Shown here: piece after piece, positions 57,093 to 64,000 of the stretch
Position numbering within the stretch: the stretch's first letter is position 1
Layout of the letters: each line of letters begins with the position of its first letter
Source of the DNA: Macrostomum lignano
Taxonomy: Eukaryota
DNA: 64,000 nucleotides
Assembly: GCA_002269645.1 (NCBI GenBank)
Contig: NIVC01000686.1
Span: forward strand, 81,968 to 145,967
Reading direction: 5' to 3'
Made by a program: the position numbers and the translations under genes
Notes under the pieces: model-generated
What the model saw: only the letters and a program-made list of their open reading frames with translations
Databases searched by the model: none
Told to the model about the DNA's origin: nothing

Positions 57093-58403
57093 TATAAGGG
57101 CTAAGCAATAAGTTTCTGGATGTGCCCAGACAGAAATAGTTAGAGAGAAAAAACAGTTACATCATTTCAAAGTACTCTCCAGCAGATTTGATATAAATTT
57201 TCATGCGCTTTACCACTTGCTGAAGCAGCTAGACCAATCTGAAGCAGGCACCTCCTCCACATGCCAGATGAAAGCCTCCACTGCAGCTTCTGGTGATCCA
57301 TAGCGGATTCCACGCATCTTGTGCTTGATTTGTGGAAACACAAAAAAGTTGCAGGGGGCCAGGTTGGGGCTGTAGGGTGGATGACCAAGCTCTTGAATAC
57401 GCTCTCTGGCCAGGAACTCTGCCACCTGTCGAGCCTTGTGGGCCAGGGCGTTGTCGTGATGGAGAAGGATGCCCCAAGCTCGAGTCCTTGGGTGATGCCT
57501 GGAGAGAGCGCTCAGCATTTCTGGCAGGCAAACATTGGCGTACCAGTCACCGGTGACTGTGCGCTGCTGCACGAGTGGAACCCTGGCCAGGTGACCAGTT
57601 TTCACCACAAAAACGGCCACCATCTGTTTTACCATGCTGTGCTCTCGCTCGCCAAAGCTGAGATGGTGAGGTGCCACCAACTGGAGTCCACTGGGCCGAC
57701 TGCTGCTTAGTCTCCGGGTCGAAACTATGGATCTAGGACTCGTCATCACTGACAATATCCAAGATTGAGTTTGAGCTGCCTCCATTGAATCTATTGAGCA
57801 TAGTGTGACACCAGGTCACCCGAGCCTCCTGCTCCAGAGTCAGCTGATGAGGCACCCAGCGTGCAGAAATCTTGCTTAGGTTAAGATGTGAATGCAGGAT
57901 CGTCCTGATGGATCCTGATGAAATACCCACCTCTGCCTCTATCTGGGCTAGTCACTCGGGCATCATCCTCAACCATGGCCTGGACAGCAGCAACATTATC
58001 CTCAGTCATTGTGGAGACAGACCAGCCGCTGTGCTCCTCATCATCCAGACTCTGCCTGCCACATCAAAATTTGGCAAACCAGTCAAAAATGGTGGATCTA
58101 GATAATGTTTCATCCCCAAATGCTCCTCGCAATCGCTCAAGACTTTCTTGCTGCCGCAAACCACTTTTAAAATGGTAATAAATCATTGCTCTAAAATGAC
58201 TCCTATTGAGCTCCATTGTGAATTTGATAGATAGGGTGGCTATGCTAGCTTGGTTTGGGATGCTGCACTGGCTATATATGACCAGTGTGTTTGAAACTTT
58301 ACAAACATTGTACTTATATAATGTAATTTACACCCATGGTGTCAGATTTTGTCAGCTGCCTCTCAACTATGCACACCCAGAAACTTATTGCTCAGCCCTC
58401 GTA
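57093..58403 (-). mobile_element. Full-length (1311 bp) decayed mariner element
   Basis: 27-bp TIRs tataagggctaagcaataagtttctgg and tacgagggctgagcaataagtttctgg (3 mismatches), with TA on both sides (57091-92, 58404-05). Confidence 0.93.
57157..58216 (-). pseudogene. Mariner transposase pseudogene
   Basis: MELNRSHFRAMIYYHFKSGL..., WVPHQL, HHDNA, HPPYSPNLAPCNF (canonical YSPDLAPxD), GEYFEMM. Carries frameshifts and in-frame stops. Confidence 0.93.
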
Positions 58404-58785
58404 TACTGAATCCTGCATGTGAATGGGATGAAAAAGGCCATGAAGACTATTCTATCAACTGGTGCCCCCTTTCTGTAGCTGAAGAGCAAAAGCCATTGCT
58501 CTTTACATGATGGAAACTTGGTCGTGAAACTCCTGGAAAGTTAATGATGATTCTGGTACACATTGAATATTAGAATAAAATTTACCAGCAATCTTAAGTG
58601 CAGCCTAGGGATCAGGTGATGGTGCATCTGTAGCACATTCAAGAGAACTAGAAGCATCACCATCCCACACAGAGAGAAACTGTTAATGGCGGTGCAAAAT
58701 CCAGAGGTTGTTGCTTCTAATAGAGATCTATCTGTGTAGAATGCAAAAATTGAGATTGAGATGTTGCAGATGCAACAACCCACAA

Positions 58786-58975
58786 GGTGTTACAACAGAT
58801 AAAGCATCTGTGATGACAGGAAATTAGGTTGGACTTACAAGTTTGCTAAAACCATGGGCAAAAAACAATTTCTTCCAACACCATTGTGCTGCACACAAAT
58901 TGGAGCCTTCTATGTATCATGCCTTTGAAAATTTGCCATATATACAATGCCTAGATACACTACTGCAATGCCTAG
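58786..58975 (+). pseudogene. hAT (ZNF862-like) transposase fragment
   Basis: GVTTDKASVMTGN*VGLTSLLK...HHCAAHKLE matches the hAT DGASVMTG...HCxAHxLxL motifs; in-frame TAG. Confidence 0.7.
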
Positions 58976-58997
58976 AGGACAGGCAAAAAATCTTCCA

Positions 58998-59245
58998 ATT
59001 GCAACTTAGTTCCTCCCAATTGCGACTTAGTTCCTCCCAATTGCAACTTAGTTCCTCCCGATTGCGACTTAGTTCCTCCTGATTGCAAATTAGTTCCTCT
59101 CAATTGTGATTTAGTTCCTCCTAATTGCGACTTAGTTCCTCCTGATTGTGACTTAGTGCCTCCCGATTATGACTTAATTCCTCCCGATTGCGACTTAGTT
59201 CCTCCTGATTGCAACTTAGTTCCTCCTAATTGCTACTTAGTTCCT
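58998..59245. repeat. 21-bp minisatellite (attgcgacttagttcctccca)n
   Basis: Read directly. Confidence 0.92.
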
Positions 59246-59619
59246 CTGTTCTCTTTTCTTCTCTTTCTCTTTCTCTCTCCTCTTTCCCTCTCTCCTTCCT
59301 TTCTTTTCCTTTTCTCTTCCTCTCCTTTCTTTCTTCCCCCAATTTTTTGTTTTTCCCATTTCAATTTGCGACTTACCTTGGCTGGTAGCCATTTCACCCA
59401 TCTGGTTTGGACGGGTCGGACAGGTGTTTTGGGCATGTATGACCAAAGACGTTGGTAGGGTACATGCGACATCAAAGGAACTCTTCAAGATAAGTCATAT
59501 CATACATGTAGTGCAAAGGGAATGTGCCATCCATCAGATTTAGCAGCTTGGCAGCAGGTACAATCTCAGCAGGTGGGATTACAATGTGGGAGGTGGGATT
59601 GCAGGTGGATTATATATTA

Positions 59620-59658
59620 TATTTATATTTATATATTTATATATTATTATATAATATA

Positions 59659-59700
<42 letters not shown>

Positions 59701-59716
59701 ACATATATATATATAC
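59620..59716. repeat. (TA)n-rich microsatellite
   Basis: Read directly. Confidence 0.9.
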
Positions 59717-60328
59717 ATCATGGTAGTAACATCAACACCATGTCCCAAGAATGAAACAAAACTTATACACATTTTCTCTAGGCTTAAGTGTTAGTCTTAC
59801 TTTCTAAAATCTAGGTCTAGTGGTCTAAGGTTCTAACAGCTCTTTATCTCTTATCAGGCCACCAGAGAAAACTGTATAAACTGATAGTATCTTCTAGTAT
59901 CTAGGCTGAATTTGAATCTCACAAGTATTTTGCTCTGTGTAACTTCAAGGAAAATAACTGGGTTTAAGACTTGAATTTGAGCCAACTGGATAGTCCATAG
60001 ACCAATACAAAAGGAGTGAGTTGAGATCTAAAAACTGTACAGGAAAAACAAAGTGCCACTCCAGTTTGAGATAGGCCAATTGGCCATTTTGACCTTCCCC
60101 ACTGCCAGTGGGATGTCTTCGCGTGGTTAACAATGGTGGGGGTTTAAGCAATAAAAATCTGGGACTCACTTTTCTAGTTGTACATGAATTTTTTTAGTTC
60201 TAGTAGGTTGCTAAGTGTGAGGGTTAAAGGTTATTTGGGGTTTTGCAAATCTATGTGTTGAGTTAGATAAAATTTAGGATAGAAAGATTATAGAAAAAGA
60301 GCTTAGTTTTCCATCTCTTAACTCTATG

Positions 60329-61097
60329 GGGCCATTCCATATAATTATGGTCGTAACATGACAGACTATTTGTACTTATAAAATGAAATCTAATAATAGA
60401 ATATACTAAACCAATATTTTGAATGAAAGATTATTTTGTCAAGAATATGTTTATAAAGTTTCATATAGATATCATCATTAGTATAGATGCTATTAAACCT
60501 TGAATGGCACTTATGGTTGTAACAATAGGATTTTTGACATGTAGAAACGAAAAGGTAAAAGTCTTATAACATTTTTCATTTTTGATATTTTGCAATAGTT
60601 TTTTTAAATTTGACTAAGAACATCTTTAGAAGTCATACTCTTTTATTAGAATATATAAACTCAAAAAGACAACAAACATACAAAAGAAAAGGCAGCCTTA
60701 TGGTCATAACATATTTTTTTCTGTCAATTCAGTAACTGAAGTACTAATATATTAAAAATATAATACATTATATGGTTGCTAATGTTTTTATCTGATGATG
60801 CAAGCACTATAATTTTATATATAGTTTGTTTTAACCTTCTAAAGCTTTCTATTTGTTTTTAAAAGGTACATAAACTTAATAATGTCTTTTGCTTAGAAAA
60901 TGTCCATTTTTTTACAAAAATAACTTTTTGCCAATTGATAACATACTAATCCAACATTTTATCATTTATTTATTCTTAGATTGTATACATTACATACAAA
61001 AAAGATTTGGTAAAAAATTGGTTGATAAGGCAATGACAAGCAAAAACATTGACTTTTTTCTATTTTCCAAATATGTCCATCTTATATGGAATGGGCC
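60329..61097. mobile_element. MITE copy 2 (769 bp), same family as 50974-51759, 4-bp TSD (TATG)
   Basis: tatg|gggccattccatataa ... ttatatggaatgggcc|tatg; the internal sequence is the reverse complement of copy 1 (shared SKNIDFFLFSKYVHLIWN pseudo-ORF). Confidence 0.9.
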
Positions 61098-61110
61098 TAT
61101 GGATGATTAA

Positions 61111-61163
<53 letters not shown>

Positions 61164-62039
61164 AGTTGTACCCCCAAAGGGTTCTATTACTGTGGGTCAT
61201 CCCACTGCAAATGCTACACCCACTCACCACATGCTCTTTCTCCCTAGGGACTAAGACCAGCTTCTAGTTTTTTAATCTTTCAGAGCCTATCTTGTGGCTC
61301 CAAGAGCATATGAACACTTTTCTGTCCCACCCCCTGTGCACAGCTGATGGCAGAAGTGTGCAGCGCACCCAGTGGTGACTATGTGGAGAAGCCTCAGGAC
61401 AATGATGATTAACTTTTAACTTTTCTTTCCTCAGCTTTCATGTTGCAGATTTTTTGTTGATTCGTTGAATGTTTTGTTGTTTTGTGCATGAGGTACAAAG
61501 CTTTGGTCTATGGCAATTCGTAAAAGTAGCACAGGGGGTGGGGCAGAAAAGTGCTCATATCTCAAGAATGCCAGCTGATACAGAAATAAACAGAAAGTCA
61601 TTTTAACGGGCAGATAATTCTCTTTTCAACTGCAACAGACTTAATGTTTCTGATTGGTCAGAAAAAAAACTATAGTGAAGAAAGTGCATAGACTTTTGGG
61701 ACACCCCTTGTACTTGCAAATATCAATTATTAGGCTCCTATCTTTAATACCTGCATTGTATTTAATTGTAGTACTTCAAAAAAAGCAATTTTTAATATAC
61801 TAAATATAGTCAATGAAAATGACTGGTTTAAAGCCTCTGAGACAAGTTAGAGCTAGACAGAATTGAGTTTTTAATGTACACCTCTTGTATAATATAGTTC
61901 CTTATCTATTTTATCAGACTGACAAAAATAATACTTAAAAGGCAAACTTGAATTGCATTACACCCTAATTTTTGGCCTGACAAAGAGCCTAGAGGCTTAA
62001 AACCAGTAGCCTATATTCTAATTTTTTAAATATGCTGTG

Positions 62040-62705
62040 ACCTCTTTTCTCTTTATTTACTTCTCTCTCAGCTTTTCTTCCAAGCCTTCCCTTCTCTCCT
62101 CTCTATTTTCTCTGCTCTCTTCCCTCTCTCCTCTCTTCCCTCTCTGGTCTCTGCCCTCTCCTCTCTCCCCCTCTCCCTTCTCTTCCTTCTTTCCCCTCTC
62201 TCCTCTCTTCTCCCCCTGTTCTCTCCCCTCTCTTTTCCCTCTCTCCTCTCTCCCCTCTACTTTCTCTCCTATCTTCCCTCTTCTCTCTCCCCTCTTCTCT
62301 CCTCCCCTCTTCTATCTCTCCCTCCTCCCCTCTCTGCACTCTCTCCTCACCCTTTTCCTTCTCCCCCTCTCTACCTTCTCCCCTCTCTCCCCCTCCCCTC
62401 TATCCTCTCTCCCCTCTACCTTCTCCCCTCTCTGCCCTCTCCCCTCTGTACCTTTTCCCTCTCTGCCCTCTCCCCTCTGTACCTTTTCCCTCTCTGCCCT
62501 CTCCCCTCTCTACCTTCTCCCCTCTCTGCTCTCTCCCCTCTGTACCTTCTCCCCTCTCCTCTCCCTTCTCTCCCCTCTCCCCCCTCCCATCTATCCTCTC
62601 TCCCCTCTTCTCTCTCCCCTCTATCCCTCTCTTCTCTCTCCTCTCTATTCCCTCTTCTCTCTCCTCTCTCCCATCTTTCCCTTCTCGTCTTTTCCCTCTT
62701 CTTTT
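62040..62705. repeat. CT-rich low-complexity tract
   Basis: Read directly; source of ORF 62037..62708. Confidence 0.9.
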
Positions 62706-64000
62706 TAAGAGAAGATATCTTTTTTACCCCATACCATTTCTCCTCTCCCTCTCCTTTCCACTCTCATCTTGCCCGCAGCCATGAGCTGGATTCTTCTTCA
62801 TTTAACATTCCTATAAAGAGCGTTGAGTTTAATCCTATGTACAGTAAGTACAAGTTTATCATTTTCCAAAATTAACTGAAAATATTACAGAACCATGCCA
62901 AGCACCATCTGTGTAAAACAATAAACTGCACGATGGTTCAAAATTTCATTTGCTTTTAGCTGCTTCCATAGTTTTCCAGCAGTTTAAATCTGATTATATT
63001 TTCTTCGAACATGCATTTCTTCGCATGAGGAGCACCGAGGTATCTGCCTGCAGTCCTTTATTGTTTTCAGAACCATCCCATTCGTTATTGTATAGAATTG
63101 ATTGTTCAGTCGAGTTCTTCCACATCTTTCACAGTCTTTAGGAGTAGCTGAATAAGATCTAAAGCTGAATGAAAATTGGCATTGTGCGCCACAAGTTTTA
63201 GCTGCCCATCTCAAGCGTTTGTTTGGAAAGATGTTGGCCGGCCTTGAAAGCTGCTTGGCTGTGGGGGGAGGTTCTCTCCGTAGTTTTTTTCCTCCGTTGT
63301 CCCGCCTGCATCAGTCTTTCCTTGCTTTCTGCACAGTGGCAGGTCTCCCCAGTCCCAATTCAATATTCAGTCTCTTAGCACACTCCACTGCCCAGTTACT
63401 TTGCTGAAACAATAGGAAGGAAAGGAGAGAGTGAATAGTAGCGTAATGATTCATTCAGTTAGCAATGCAGAATCAAAAATGTTGTTGGGAATAGGGCAGT
63501 CTGCGTCCGGCTAGTCTGTGCCAGACATGACACCTGCGGCAGCTACAATTACATATGTGATGAGGCTGCGGGGACCTATACTAGGCCTTGAGCTGTATCA
63601 TCTTCTTGAAAAAATTGGCAAGATTCTGTTTAAGTGCATAAGCTTGTGCAGTAGGCAAAAGTTTCTCATGCGCACAATAGCCAGGCTATTGGACTTCAAG
63701 CTAACCGGCTCTAAGTTGGGAATTTAAAAGTGCACCTTAAAAACCCAATGGAAGCTTTTTTTCACAATAGAACGCAACAGGTTAGGCCACAGTATGCAAA
63801 GATCATTCATGCGAGTCTGCTTCCACTAAGGAATTATGGATTTTTTAATAGACAAAATGTGTCTTCAATCTTCGTTGGCAAATTATAGCTGGCTAGCTTC
63901 TCAATATTGTTTGTTACTTCGCCTTAGTTAGGTTACTACTAGTAGCTAAAAAACGAGGGTAACTTTAACGCATATTTAAGAAAATAATAAGTGAAAAAGG

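Noticed and set aside
59389-59440. CAP/SCP-like motif HFTHLVW in one + frame
   Set aside because: The spacing to the following LG does not fit, and no other CAP motifs are nearby.
63171-63192. VAHNANF on the - strand, resembling a DEDDh exonuclease motif
   Set aside because: It lacks the following Asp, the frame is closed by stops, and no other motif is found.

Overview
Animal genomic DNA with GC-rich exons and introns packed with tandem repeats. The anion-type nAChR motif and the repeat-filled introns suggest a lophotrochozoan, possibly a free-living flatworm such as Macrostomum; this is inference only. Four spliced genes could be rebuilt by hand. (1) An unnamed single-pass membrane protein with Cys-rich Ig-like domain(s), + strand, about 2.4-12.5 kb, model partly tentative. 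(2) A complete 5-exon, 450-aa divergent alpha-tubulin, + strand, 16194-22133, with Thr at position 40 and a C-terminal EEY. (3) A complete 3-exon, 559-aa nAChR-family Cys-loop channel, - strand, 34181-25664, with the anion-selective Pro-Ala M2 motif but a degenerate, basic agonist site. (4) A 5'-incomplete ERR-like nuclear receptor, - strand, 49368-42787, with atypical zinc-finger spacing. Mobile DNA: an internally deleted piggyBac, a full-length decayed mariner (57093-58403), a hAT transposase relic, two copies of a roughly 780-bp MITE with 4-bp TSDs, and two small CAG-ended MITEs. About 35 distinct micro- and minisatellite arrays are present, most of them filling introns. From about 49.4 to 59 kb the DNA becomes AT-rich and CpG-poor, and the mariner there shows CpG-directed decay. 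No rRNA, tRNA or CRISPR array is supported. All coordinates and alignments were done by eye and not checked against databases.
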